A stretch of 63,967 nt of DNA, filler included, from Octopus bimaculoides (Eukaryota), in the NCBI RefSeq assembly GCF_001194135.2. It is 9 parts of 7 records of this genome, joined end to end, with 100 filler letters (N's around TTAATTAATTAA, not from the genome) between each part and the next. Parts side by side here need not be neighbours in the genome. Positions count along the whole stretch, not along the records: positions 6,849 to 16,700 come from NC_069006.1; positions 16,801 to 36,198 come from NC_068987.1; 7 more parts are not named here. One strand, 5' to 3'. This document shows positions 13,978-25,927 of the stretch, piece after piece (position 1 is the first letter of the stretch; each line of letters opens with the position of its first letter). Both the position numbers and the translations under genes were made by a program. The notes under the pieces were generated by a model. That model made no database searches. It worked only from the letters and a program-made list of their open reading frames with translations, and had not been told where the DNA came from.

Positions 13978-14156
13978 TTGTACTCGTCACCGTAGTCCAG
14001 GAGCAAAAGATAGCTGCAAAATACCGAAAGAACAAGAGACACTAATGCTTTAAACTTCGAAAATATGACTGAAAATGTCAGATGTATCAAATTGCTGAGG
14101 AAGTTGTTAAACACGTGATCAACAGCTGCCCGAAAACGTCATTAAAACAGCATGAT
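13978..14156 (+). mobile_element. Degenerate R4/Dong-like non-LTR retrotransposon fragment (CCHC knuckle region)
   Basis: VLVTVVQEQKIAAKY, then shifted KCQMYQIAEEVVKHVINSCPK...KQHD; resembles the AAQ(D/E)Q...CRxC...ETxxHxxSxC...RHD consensus. Confidence 0.55.
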
Positions 14157-14324
14157 GTTTTTCGTTTTCTTTTTTCTAAAAGAATATGAAATGCTGCTTG
14201 CATTATAAGTTTACCTTGGAATAAATGTATGAAACGTCATCGTTCTCGAATACATTCATACTTATGACTATATGAATATTGGCGGAACATCCGCCAAGCG
14301 AAAACGTTAGAGAGGCTATTATTG

Positions 14325-14452
14325 AATTTACGGATCCTGAGAGGATGAAAGGTGAAGTCGAACTTGGCGGAATTTGAACGCAGGAATATAGAAACGGAAG
14401 AAATTGCCACTAAGCATTTCGCCCGGCGTGCTAACGGTTCTGCCAGCTCGCC
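14325..14452 (-). mobile_element. SINE family B
   Basis: Reverse of ggcgagctggcagaaccgttagcacgccgggcgaaatgcttag...ttcaaattccgccaag. Confidence 0.85.
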
Positions 14453-14821
14453 AATAAGACAAAGTTGAGGAATGGAAGAAGAGAACAAATACGAGAACAG
14501 AAGTGCAACAACAACAAAAACAAGTAAATGCAACACCAGAGACAAGCAACGGTTGTGCTGCGTATAAAAGCAAAACAGGTCTCGAAATCCTGGAATTTCA
14601 TTAATCTAATGCAAGATTGCCTTCCGATATATATACTCAGTGAATGGTGTCTTCGGGGAGAACATTGCCTCGTTTTCGATTATGAATTTTACTGTAGTCA
14701 ACGCTACATCAGCTGCTGCTGATAATGATGGTTCTTGGACTTGCAGTGTAATTTTCTCTTCATTTGGCAAACAAGTATTGTGTGCGTGGGATTCTAGTAT
14801 ATGGTCTATATGTGTACTTTA

Positions 14822-14871
<50 letters not shown>

Positions 14872-14924
14872 CATATATGTGGGTGTGTGCTTTGGGATGT
14901 TATAGATGCATATCTATACCTATA

Positions 14925-14959
<35 letters not shown>

Positions 14960-15156
14960 ACATACGTAAATGCATGCATATATACATATAAGTATATATA
15001 TATATATATACATACATGCATACACGCACACACATATATTTATATATATATATATATATATATACACATGCACATACACATATATATGCATCTGTCTGTC
15101 TATCTATCTATCTATTTATCTATCTGTGTCTGTTTCTCTCTCTCTCTCTCTCTCTC

Positions 15157-15198
<42 letters not shown>

Positions 15199-15580
15199 GA
15201 AACATATTTATATGTATATATTCATATATATATATATATATATGCATATATACATATACACATACAAACCACACACACACATATGTATAAGTCGCCTGAA
15301 ATATAGCACATGCACCTATAATGCGTGTCCCTCTACGATGTATTTCCATATATGTGTGTGTGTGTGGGTGTGCGTGTGTGTGTGTGTGGATTGTGTGTGT
15401 TTGTGTATATCTGCACATCGATATCTCTTCTGTACGTGTCATTATGTCTGTGTATGTATGAGCGAACGTATTCCATGTATGGCAGTATACATGAAGAAGT
15501 TAAGGAATATCGGATTTTATATTTACATCGGGAATACCTATTTGAGATCCTAGCAATGCATACCCACATATGTCTATGCA

Positions 15581-15625
<45 letters not shown>

Positions 15626-16188
15626 GCATGTGGTATTTTCAATGATTTAGCTTCTATGCGTCTATATACATGTTTGTACGTATGTGTGTATGAGCGTGTG
15701 TCTGTGTGTGTTTGCGTGTAAAAGCGAGAAATAGAATATTTTTTCAATATCTGTTGCTTCTATGTATGTGATAGGCATGCATGTGTAGGTGTGTGTGTGT
15801 GTGAGTGTGTGTTTGGATGCGTACATTCACACACACACACATTTATATTTTTAAACATGTATGGATATGTGTATGTTCATGTGCGTGTGTGTGTGTACGT
15901 GTGTTGGTGCGTCTGTATTTGCGTGCATGTATGGGTGTTTTAGCTTGAGAGCGCAGCTATCTTTATGTAAAGTATGTGCGCATTTATTTAACATCATGCG
16001 CATGTAATACACACACACACACATATATATATATGCACATATATATATACACACATATATATATATACATGTAAATATACATGCATATATGTGTATATAT
16101 ATATATACATATACATATATGTACTTATGTATGCATACTTGTATAGATATACACGTACATATCCATATCCGTTTGCATATACGCACAC

Positions 16189-16256
<68 letters not shown>

Positions 16257-16501
16257 ATGTGTATATATGTTCATGCATGTGTATGTGTATATATGTTCAT
16301 GCATGTGTATGTGTATATATGTTCATGCATACAAACAAACACACTCACGCTACACACGTAGATTGCTCTCGGCTCACTAAACCATCTAGCGATTAATTTG
16401 ATCGGAGATTTAAAGTTGTTGCTATTCAATAGCACTGGCCATATTGAGTTGAGACAGCCTGCTCCCTTATGTAATTTACTCAGCATTGCATATCTACTTA
16501 C

Positions 16502-16563
16502 ATACTTAATAAAGCTTTCTCTGCAATACGGCCATTTTGATTCACTTCTCTACTCTTCGCCAT
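16502..16563 (-). CDS. Possible first coding exon MAKSREVNQNGRIAEKALLS (phase 2)
   Basis: aaaaATGG start context and a GTAAGT donor at 16501-16496. No homology recognised. Confidence 0.25.
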
Positions 16564-16810
16564 TTTTGTGCGCTGTTATCGCTTTCGTTTGAAATTGTTT
16601 CCGTATAATTTTATTTCTTTCATTGCTGTTTTCTATCCTTTTAAAAAAAAAAATATTCGATACTTTTTATGTAAATAGTGTTTTTTTTTTTTTTTTTTTT
16701 NNNNNNNNNNNNNNNNNNNNNNNNNNNNNNNNNNNNNNNNNNNNTTAATTAATTAANNNNNNNNNNNNNNNNNNNNNNNNNNNNNNNNNNNNNNNNNNNN
16801 TATATATATA

Positions 16811-17197
16811 TTCTTTTATTTGTTCCAGTCATTTGCCTGCGTCCATGCTGGAGCATTGCTTTTAGTTGAACAAATTGACCACAAGACTTATTCTTTGTAA
16901 GCCTAGTACTTATTCTATTGGTCTCTTTTGCCAAACCAATGAGTTACAGGGACATAAACACACCAACATCGGTTGTCAAGCGATAGTGGGTGGGACAAAC
17001 TAGAGACGCACAAACATATACACACACATATCTATATACAATGGACTTATTTCAGTTTCCGTCGACTAAATCCACTCACAAGGCTTTGGTCAGCCCGAGG
17101 TTATAGCAGAAGACACTTGCCCCAAGGTGCCATGCAGTGGGACTGAACCTGAAACCATGTGGTTGAGAAACAACCTTCTTACCACACAGCCACTCCT
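16811..17197 (-). mobile_element. SINE family A, full length
   Basis: Full colinear match to the other copies. Confidence 0.9.
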
Positions 17198-17384
17198 AAC
17201 AAAACGGGAAAGTGGAACTGTTTGTTTTATAACTCTGCAAATACAGTTTCCATAATTCTCAATTTTAAGATGTATTTTGACTAACATACAGCTGCAACTG
17301 AGATCACATATTGGATTGTAATAATGGAATAACCAGATGTAATTCAAGGGAGATTTACCCTAACTATCAATATATTTATATGAA

Positions 17385-17550
17385 GATGCATGGCTCAGTG
17401 GTTAGTGGATCAGGCTCACAATCGTGAGGTAGTGAGTTCGATTCCCAGACCAGGCTATGTGTTGTATTCTTGAGCAAGACACTTTATTTCACATTAAAAC
17501 CATCTAACCTATGCCAGCATGGAGAGTAGATGTTAAATGATGAGGATGAT
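17385..17550 (+). mobile_element. SINE C head joined to an RTE-type tail
   Basis: TGGCTCAGTGG / GAGTTCGATTCC boxes, cttgagcaagacac, then ccagcatggagagtagatgttaaatgatgagg. Confidence 0.7.
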
Positions 17551-17559
17551 GAAGCTTTA

Positions 17560-17670
17560 GGTATTTTCGCTCAATAAACACTCACAACGCCCAGTCTGGG
17601 AATCGAAACCGCGGCGTTCCTATGACCGCGAGTCCGCTGCCCTAACCACTGGGCCATTGCGCCTCCACGC
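17560..17670 (-). mobile_element. SINE family D head (tRNA-derived)
   Basis: Reverse reads gtggaggcgcaaTGGCCCAGTGGttaggg...GTTTCGATTCCcag. Confidence 0.7.
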
Positions 17671-17786
17671 ATATAATGTATGTATGTACACTCAAACATT
17701 AGACTGCTGTCCATAGACAGATTAATCGCTAATAGCTATTTATAATAGTGCAAACTTGGGACAAAACTGCCTTGCTGACATTGAGA

Positions 17787-17824
<38 letters not shown>

Positions 17825-18329
17825 GCATGTTTGTCTGCGTTTGTGTCAGAATTTATGTTTACCTGCATGATGAGCTTTAGCNNNNNNNNNNNNNNNNNNN
17901 NNNNNNNNNNNNNNNNNNNNNNNNNNNNNNNNNNNNNNNNNNNNNNNNNNNNNNNNNNNNNNNNNNNNNNNNNNNNNNNNNNNNNNNNNNNNNNNNNNNN
18001 NNNNNNNNNNNNNNNNNNNNNNNNNNNNNNNNNNNNNNNNNNNNNNNNNNNNNNNNNNNNNNNNNNNNNNNNNNNNNNNNNNNNNNNNNNNNNNNNNNNN
18101 NNNNNNNNNNNNNNNNNNNNNNNNNNNNNNNNAAAATGCCAATTTATCGTTTTGAAACAGGTCTGGTTAAACTATTAACCAGACCTGTTTCATTCGGAAT
18201 TACTCCCTCCATTGTTAACACATCGCTGCCATGTTTTTTTTTTTTTTGTAACACATCCTGTAATGAATTTTCAGGAGTAGCGTGTTGTTCTTGTAACATA
18301 TTCTTTCATCTCTTCTGTTAGCAGAATTC

Positions 18330-19180
18330 AACGACCTTTTAAAGAGTGAATTTCAACTGTGGACGACGTGTTTGTGTGTGTGTGTGTGTGGTGGGGTTAT
18401 TACCAGGGAAGGGGCCAAATTCGGAGCATAGTTTGGGGAATAAGAATCGTCTGGTGCTGTGCATTAAAAAAAAATTGTCACGGCAAACGAATAACCCGTG
18501 ATCGGGTGCATTGTTGTGGTACAGCATCCAGCTTTTAATTGTCAATGTCTCAGGCATCTTTCTTTACAGTGCATCTTTGAAATGCATCAGAATATTCAAG
18601 TAAACCTCGTTCTTTATCGTCTGACTATACAGACGAAACTCAACATGAACGATGCCCTTCTGACCAAAAAAGATGATCAATATCACCTTCACAAGTGTGA
18701 TTCTATCGTACCTTTCTTTTCATTGGAGCAATAGAGATCCAACTCAATGCAACAACTAACTTTTCGTTTCGACATAGCACCCATACATCAATGTTCTATT
18801 ACCTAATTTGAAACTCTAGTAAGTTCCCATCATCAATTGAATAACCAAACTGTTCTTGAATGATCGTGAATCGGCACTCAAATCATTAATCTGTCAGCAG
18901 ACGCACACAAACTTTGCAGCAACAAAAGGCATTTCCTATTTTCTTTGAAATTTTGAAGATGCTAACTTCTTCAGAAACTAAATGGATAATCGGGTAATGG
19001 TTTTCACAGATGACAGCACATACTTTCCATTATTATGGACGGTCATTTAGATTGGTAGTTGTTTTTAGTGGATGTTCTCGATTTGAAATGCTGGTACCAC
19101 TGTGGAATTGCGTATAGCTCAGACAATCCCTGTTACATTTGAATAGTCTTGTAAAGGTTTCTCCTTAAACAGAGTTCCAT
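18330..19180 (-). mobile_element. Mariner transposase fossil
   Basis: Reverse frames give VILIIFFGQKGIVHVEF and RKMPETLTIKSWMLYHNNAPDH (D,D34D region), with stops and frameshifts. Confidence 0.8.
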
Positions 19181-19711
19181 AAAAACACATTGTTTAACTT
19201 AAAAGACAAGTTTTCAGCTGTAATACGCACGCACACACAAAGTATGGGGTTTTAGTTCACGGGTGATCTAAACGATTAGGTACGCTAGGTAAGTGCTGCA
19301 ACGGATTAATAGGGCTCCAAGGTTATAGCTGAGATGGTAGTTATGGAGCCATTGCAGATTTCCGATGCAGCGGATATATAATTGTTAAAGAGGACAACAA
19401 ACAATAAGGCAAGGCTAATATCTCAAGTCATGTACAATATTATATATATNNNNNNNNNNNNNNNNNNNNNNNNNNNNNNNNNNNNNNNNNNNNNNNNNNN
19501 NNNNNNNNNNNNNNNNNNNNNNNNNNNNNNNNNNNNNNNNNNNNNNNNNNNNNNNNNNNNNNNNNNNNNNNNNNNNNNNNNNNNNNNNNNNNNNNNNNNN
19601 NNNNNNNNNNNNNNNNNNNNNNNNNNNNNNNNNNNNNNNNNNNNNNNNNNNNNNNNNNNNNNNNNNNNNNNNNNNNNNNNNNNNNNNNNNNNNNNNNNNN
19701 NNNNNNNNNNN

Positions 19712-19754
<43 letters not shown>

Positions 19755-19940
19755 CACGCTAACACACGTAGATCAATGACTAACCAACATGTCTGATGTG
19801 GCTAATATTGGACTAAGAGTCAAGAGCACGCATATGCAGCACTGCAGTCACAAGTAAACCGTGTCAAGCCCTTGGCTCGCATCTTTAAAAATTCATCTTC
19901 GTTTTGCACAGATTTCGTGTGTGTGTGTGTGTGTGTGTGT

Positions 19941-20510
19941 ATCACTTCCAGAAGTGATGGAACGAGACCAGATGGTCTTACCTTCTGTCACTGGGTTAGC
20001 GGTAGGTGCCTCATCTTGGACGCCAGTGACGTATGGTGGTTGTTGTATTGGGTGCGCTGTCACGCACAATGTCATCAAGTTTCAATTTTCCATTAAGATA
20101 TGTGATTAAATTAACGAGTAAGGTTAATATTTATAATGAATTTGCCATTTTTGATGGTTGTCAGCAGCCACCTATGACACCCGGAATATATGCCCCAGGA
20201 CGTCACAGTCTGTAACTATTTTGCTCCTTCCACACCCTGGATGCTGTGATAAATCGGAGGATCACTGCTTCCGTAGCCAAACTGAACAAAACCCTGAAAT
20301 ATCAGGACCTGACAGTGAACTATCTCTTGCAATCTGTGGCGTTTAAGACGTGTGGTGGGACTGGGCCATTAACCACGATGTTCTTGTTATCGTTGGCAGC
20401 TCACCCCACCGAGGTGTCAGGTGATGCTTTTGAGGATGCTTGTCTTTTCCAACGCCTCAGCCCTGCTATCGTCCATTAGTAATACTGCGAGCGTGATGGA
20501 TTGCTTCCGT
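19941..20510 (+). mobile_element. CRE-like non-LTR retrotransposon 3' relic (restriction-like endonuclease)
   Basis: SRSDGTRPDGLTFCHWVSGRCLILDA; DVTVCNYFAPS; KYQDLTVNY...SGDAFEDACLFQRLSPAIV/NTASV. Confidence 0.75.
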
Positions 20511-20580
20511 AGGTTTCGTCGAACCTTATGGTGTGCGACCAATTAAAGCACTTGGTGCTGCACTGATGTTTCTTTCTCTA

Positions 20581-20614
<34 letters not shown>

Positions 20615-20844
20615 TCTCTCTCTCCATATATATATATATATATATATANNNNNNNNNNNNNNNNNNNNNNNNNNNNNNNNNNNNNNNNNNNNNNNNNNNN
20701 NNNNNNNNNNNNNNNNNNNNNNNNNNNNNNNNNNNNNNNNNNNNNNNNNNNNNNNNNNNNNNNNNNNNNNNNNNNNNNNNNNNNNNNNNNNNNNNNNNNN
20801 NNNNNNNNNNNNNNNNNNNNNNNNNNNNNNNNNNNNNNNNNNNN

Positions 20845-20881
<37 letters not shown>

Positions 20882-21888
20882 TCCCTCTCTCCATATATAT
20901 ATATATATATATACAAACACATAGTTTGTCCGTAGAAATATTAGACCATTAAATTGAAGATAGGTTTTCTGTAGACAAATACACATACGCACACACACAC
21001 ACACACACATACACACATATATATATATATACATGTATGTGTGCCTGTTCACATATGTGCCCGTCCGCCTGTTTGTCCGTCCATCCGTCCTGCCGTATAT
21101 ACATGCAGGAAGGAATAAATGAAATATTGTTTACCAATATCTTTATCGGAATTCTGAATTAATTTCTAGTTGTGTGCATAAAGATTTACATACTTTTAAA
21201 TATTCAAAACCTATTGTTACATACGAAGGCTGAGCATTACCACTGAGAGTGGTTTCACTTTTTAAACATCCCTCTGAAAGAAATATATTATACTTTTACC
21301 AAATGGCTAACTACTTTCTTTCTATATTGCCTCCTCATTAATTCAATGTGCTACACTCTAGTTAATAGTCTTAAGTTTTTTTTTTAATTTATTAAAATAA
21401 TATATCAAATGTTTATAGTACAAAAGGATTAAATCTAAGGAGTTGAGAGTGACTTCCCTTTGTAAAAAATCTTTTAAGCACTACTTTTCTTTAAGAGACA
21501 GGTTAGATTTATGCGTGCTAAGTAACTTATAGATATGTCCTTTCCTATTATTTTCTGAATAATTGACTATTATGAGATCCTTAAAAATATATGTTCCATA
21601 TATTTTTAAACCGTGCTTCATACTTCATATTCCACATATAATTTTATTCAAATTGTCAGTTATCTCATTAGCAGTACTGTGGACAATTTCAGTTTAACTC
21701 CTTTCCTTTTTCTATTATACTTATTTCAATCTTTTCTTCCACTGTTTCACATATTTATTATATGTATAACATTCTTATCAATACTCATCAATTTTGAAAA
21801 TTCGACAGATTAAACTTCAGGGATTTATAATCTTGCAGTTTTCACAATATCATATCATATCATATCAGGTCATATGTGTGTGTGTATA

Positions 21889-22769
21889 CAGGGTGCGGTG
21901 AATAGACTGTCGTCTAAATTATGCAAAAATGAATATAACACTGACATCTCATTTTAACAGATATATTTACCAAAATTACATAAAAATATCTTGAAATACC
22001 AAAGAGTAAATTTATTCAATAAAATTGCCATTGGCTTCAACTACAGCCTCCAGACAACTTCAGAATCTCCTGCAACCCTTCTGAACGGTCTCCTTCTTGG
22101 TGAATGCTGCCATAATCCTTGCCTTCAGTTCATCTTTGGTGTTACAAGGAGTTTTGTTGGTCTCTCACTCAACTGTGCCCTACACATAATAATCAAGGGG
22201 GTTGCAGTCCAGGGAGTGAGGTGGCCAAATGTTAGGGGTGATGTGGTCACAGAAATTGTCTGACAGCCATGACTGGGTTCTCCTGCTTGTGGCATGGTGC
22301 AGAGTCCTGTTGCTAGACATAGGGTCTTCCAGCAGCTGCCCTCTTTACTCAAGGCAGCACTGCCTCCTTCAGGCATTTGATGTAGTCCTCCATGTTGAGT
22401 TTGAGGCCATGTGGGAAGATGAATGAAGGCACAACATTGCCATCACTAGTGATCACTCAAAACACCATGATGTTGACTAGATGTTTGATTTTTATCACTC
22501 TTGGCACATGTCCTCAGATTGCACTGTCCTCAGATTGACACTCAAACACTCTGAAGTGTTCATATTGGAGCTTCCGGTGTGAATGCCAAGCTGTACAGTA
22601 TATCATTTCCAAATTTCTGGTAGAGTGAATAGTGTCATGGTGCCTTTTTTCCCACATACGTTGCCCAACTGACCCTACTATACTGTGTAGTTGACAAAAT
22701 ACAAAACAAACAATGCACACGTGCGAAATTAGAAATATAAAATGGCGACAATCTGCCCATTGCACTCTG
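21889..22769 (-). mobile_element. maT/DD37D-type Tc1-mariner deletion derivative
   Basis: Imperfect TIRs cagggtgcggtg.../...ttgcactctg, TA on both sides; reverse translation includes GRPYV*QQDSAPCH. Confidence 0.85.
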
Positions 22770-22812
22770 TATATATGTATGTGTGTCTGTATACATACAT
22801 ACATACATACAC

Positions 22813-22881
<69 letters not shown>

Positions 22882-23512
22882 CGTGTGTGTGTGTGTGTCT
22901 GTATGCATATATGTATGTATGTGTGTGTGTGTATGTATGTATATATATATATATGTGTGTGTATATATATATATATAAATCATAAAAAGTCAGGAGTGAT
23001 GAACAGTGAATATATTTAACCACTTGTCATCTTTAGGATAATGGCTGTTTCACAGCCTTCATTATATAATTATAATTTCAGTGTTTATTAAATTATTACA
23101 TGTTTACACCAATATGTATGCCACGCAATATACAATACAATTGTATATTTACAAATCAATGCTGATAAAGAAAGCTAGCTCATCAGATCACCAGAACATC
23201 ATAGTTACACCAATGCTTCAACTCTAAATGTTATAATGACAAATATTAATACAATATAATTATCTGTATTCATTTGCACTAAAAATATAGTAAGTACCAA
23301 ATGAAAATTTTTTTTTTCAGTTAATTAGTGACCTGTTAAAAGAGATTACATGGATGTATCTTTAGAGGTACTGACAGTAACACAAAGGGTTGGTTTAGTA
23401 TATTAATTTCCATTTAACTACATTTACTGGCAGCTGTTACAAGGGTCACGTATCCAACAATGTGAATGTATACATACACGTGTGTATGTATGCATGCATA
23501 TATGTATGTGAT

Positions 23513-23598
<86 letters not shown>

Positions 23599-24051
23599 NN
23601 NNNNNNNNNNNNNNNNNNNNNNNNNNNNNNNNNNNNNNNNNNNNNNNNNNNNNNNNNNNNNNNNNNNNNNNNNNNNNNNNNNNNNNNNNNNNNNNNNNNN
23701 NNNNNNNNNNNNNNNNNNNNNNNNNNNNNNNNNNNNNNNNNNNNNNNNNNNNNNNNNNNNNNNNNNNNNNNNNNNNNNNNNNNNNNNNNNNNNNNNNNNN
23801 NNNNNNNNNNNNNNNNNNNNNNNNNNNNNNNNNNNNNNNNNNNNNNNNNNNNNNNNNNNNNNNNNNNNNNNNNNNNNNNNNNNNNNNNNNNNNNNNNNNN
23901 NNNNNNNNNNNNNNNNNNNNNNNNNNNNNNNNNNNNNNNNNNNNNNNNNNNNNNNNNNNNNNNNNNNNNNNNNNNNNNNNNNNNNNNNNNNNNNNNNNNN
24001 NNNNNNNNNNNNNNNNNNNNNNNNNNNNNNNNNNNNNNNNNNNNNNNNNNN

Positions 24052-24085
<34 letters not shown>

Positions 24086-24341
24086 TATGTGTGGTTTAGT
24101 TCACTGGTGATCTAAATGAATAGGTACACTGTATAAGTCCTATAATTGGTCATCTGTTAGGTTCCAAGTTCACAGCTGAGGCTGGACCTAGAGATCCATA
24201 GTTGGCTTCCAAGTTAGCAGGTATATATTAGAGAAAAAAGAACAACGGAAACCAAGGCAGGACGAGTATCTCAAGTCATTTAGAATATTCAATTAGAGTA
24301 AGGTGAATTTGAAGTAATTAATTAAGTAATTAATTATTGGA

Positions 24342-24418
24342 TGTCTTACAGCTGTTTCTGGGATATCCCAAGTGAAGGTTAGCATCTCCATACACTGGGT
24401 ATTCCATCATCAGAGACA
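24342..24418 (-). ncRNA. Type I hammerhead ribozyme motif
   Basis: tgtct CTGATGA tggaatacccagtg...cacttgggatatccca GAAA cagctG TA agaca: 5-bp stem I, long stem II, palindromic stem III, GUA cleavage triplet. Confidence 0.7.
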
Positions 24419-24570
24419 AGGTATGTATGAAAGTTCTAGATAGGGAATTCACAGTTTATAAAGGAATAAAATGATAGATAGAAGAATAAAGAGTAAAACA
24501 GTAGATAGAAGATTAATATTCCTTAAGAAACTGTGAATTCAATATCTAGTACTTTCATACATACTCACGT

Positions 24571-24647
24571 TGTCTCTGATGACAGAATACCCAGTGTATG
24601 GAGATGCTAACATTCACTTGGGATATCCCAGAAACAGCTGTAAGACA
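24571..24647 (+). ncRNA. Type I hammerhead ribozyme motif (base of stem II mismatched)
   Basis: CTGATGA 24576-24582, GAAA 24631-24634, GTA 24640-24642, tgtct/agaca stem I. Confidence 0.6.
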
Positions 24648-24679
24648 TCCAATAATTAATTAATTAATTAATTACTTCA

Positions 24680-25295
24680 GGCGCGGGCATGGCGTAGGCG
24701 CGGGCATGGCTGTGTGGTTAGGAAGCTTGCTTCCCAGCTGTATGGTTTCGGGTTCAGTCCCACCGCGTGACACCTTGGGCAAGTGTCTTCTGCTATAACC
24801 CCGGGCTGACCGAAGCCTTGTGATTGAATTTGGTAGGCGGAAGTTACTGCCGTGTGTGAATACGTCTGTGTAAGTGCTTGTGCCTCTCTCCCAGAGAGTG
24901 AGAGGGGGAAAAAACTACCTCGCTTGGCAACAGGTGGGGGTTGGCGGCAGGAAGGGCATCCGGCTGTAGAAATTTGCCACACGAATAGTGCTGCGCATAT
25001 GTATATACACTTTTATTTTCGAGCGAGATCGTTGCCAGTGCCCCTGGACTGGCTTGTGCGGGTGGCACATAAAAGACACCATTTCGAGCGTGGCCGTTTT
25101 CGTGCGGGTGACACGTAAAAGCACCCACTACACTCTCTGAGTGGTTGGCGTTAGGAAGGGCATCCAGCTGTAGAAACTCTGCCAAATCAAACTGGAGCCT
25201 GGTGTTGCCATCCGGTTTCACCAGTCCTCAGTCAAATCGTCCAACCCATGCTAGCATGGAAAGCGGACGTTAAACGATGATGATGATGATGATGA
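24680..25295 (+). mobile_element. Composite insertion: SINE A head plus RTE LINE 3' UTR with (GAT)n tail
   Basis: A/B boxes at 24707-24760; ttcgagcgagatcg... from about 25018; catgctagcatggaaagcggacgttaaacgatgatgatg end. Confidence 0.85.
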
Positions 25296-25451
25296 AATTC
25301 ACCTTACTCTAATTAAATATTATAAATTACTTGAGATACTCATCCTGCCTTGGTTTTTGTTGTCCATTATCCTCTAGTGTATGTATGTATGTATGTATGT
25401 ATGTAATGTATATATGTATGTATGTATGTATGTGTATATGTATGTATGTAT

Positions 25452-25595
25452 AGGCACAGACATGGCTGTGTGGTAAGAAGTTTGCTTCTTAGTCCCACTA
25501 TGTGGCACTTTAGGCAAGTGTCTTCTACTATAGCCTCTGGCTGACCAAAGCCTTGTGAGTGGATGTGGTAGATGGAAGCTAAAAGAAGCCAGTCA

Positions 25596-25642
<47 letters not shown>

Positions 25643-25848
25643 CTGTGTTTATCCCCCATCACTGCTTGATAACCAGTATTGGTTTGTTTACGTCCCCATA
25701 ACTTAGCAGTTTTGGTAAAAGAGATCAAGTCAATAACTATCAGGGTTTTAAAAAATAAATACTGGGGTTGATTTGTTTGACTAAGATTCTTTAAGGTAGT
25801 GCCCAAGCATGACTGCTGTCTAATGACTGAACCGAGTAAAAGATAAAA
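25452..25848 (+). mobile_element. SINE family A with a small internal deletion
   Basis: Colinear match to other copies. Confidence 0.85.
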
Positions 25849-25927
25849 TTTGAAATTTGTTTTATGTCAAGTTATATAACATTACACTGAAGGATTACTC
25901 TCTGTACTTTTTAATAGAGTGCACATA

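Larger units (their letters stand above)
24240..25365. mobile_element. Foldback element with two inverted hammerhead motifs (Penelope/retrozyme-like), right arm interrupted
   Basis: Arms about 24240-24472 vs 24512-24679 plus 25296-25365. Confidence 0.8.

Noticed and set aside
25215-25231. CTGAGGA-ctggt-GAAAC on minus in the RTE tail (also near 58263)
   Set aside because: No room for stem II and no matching stems I/III.
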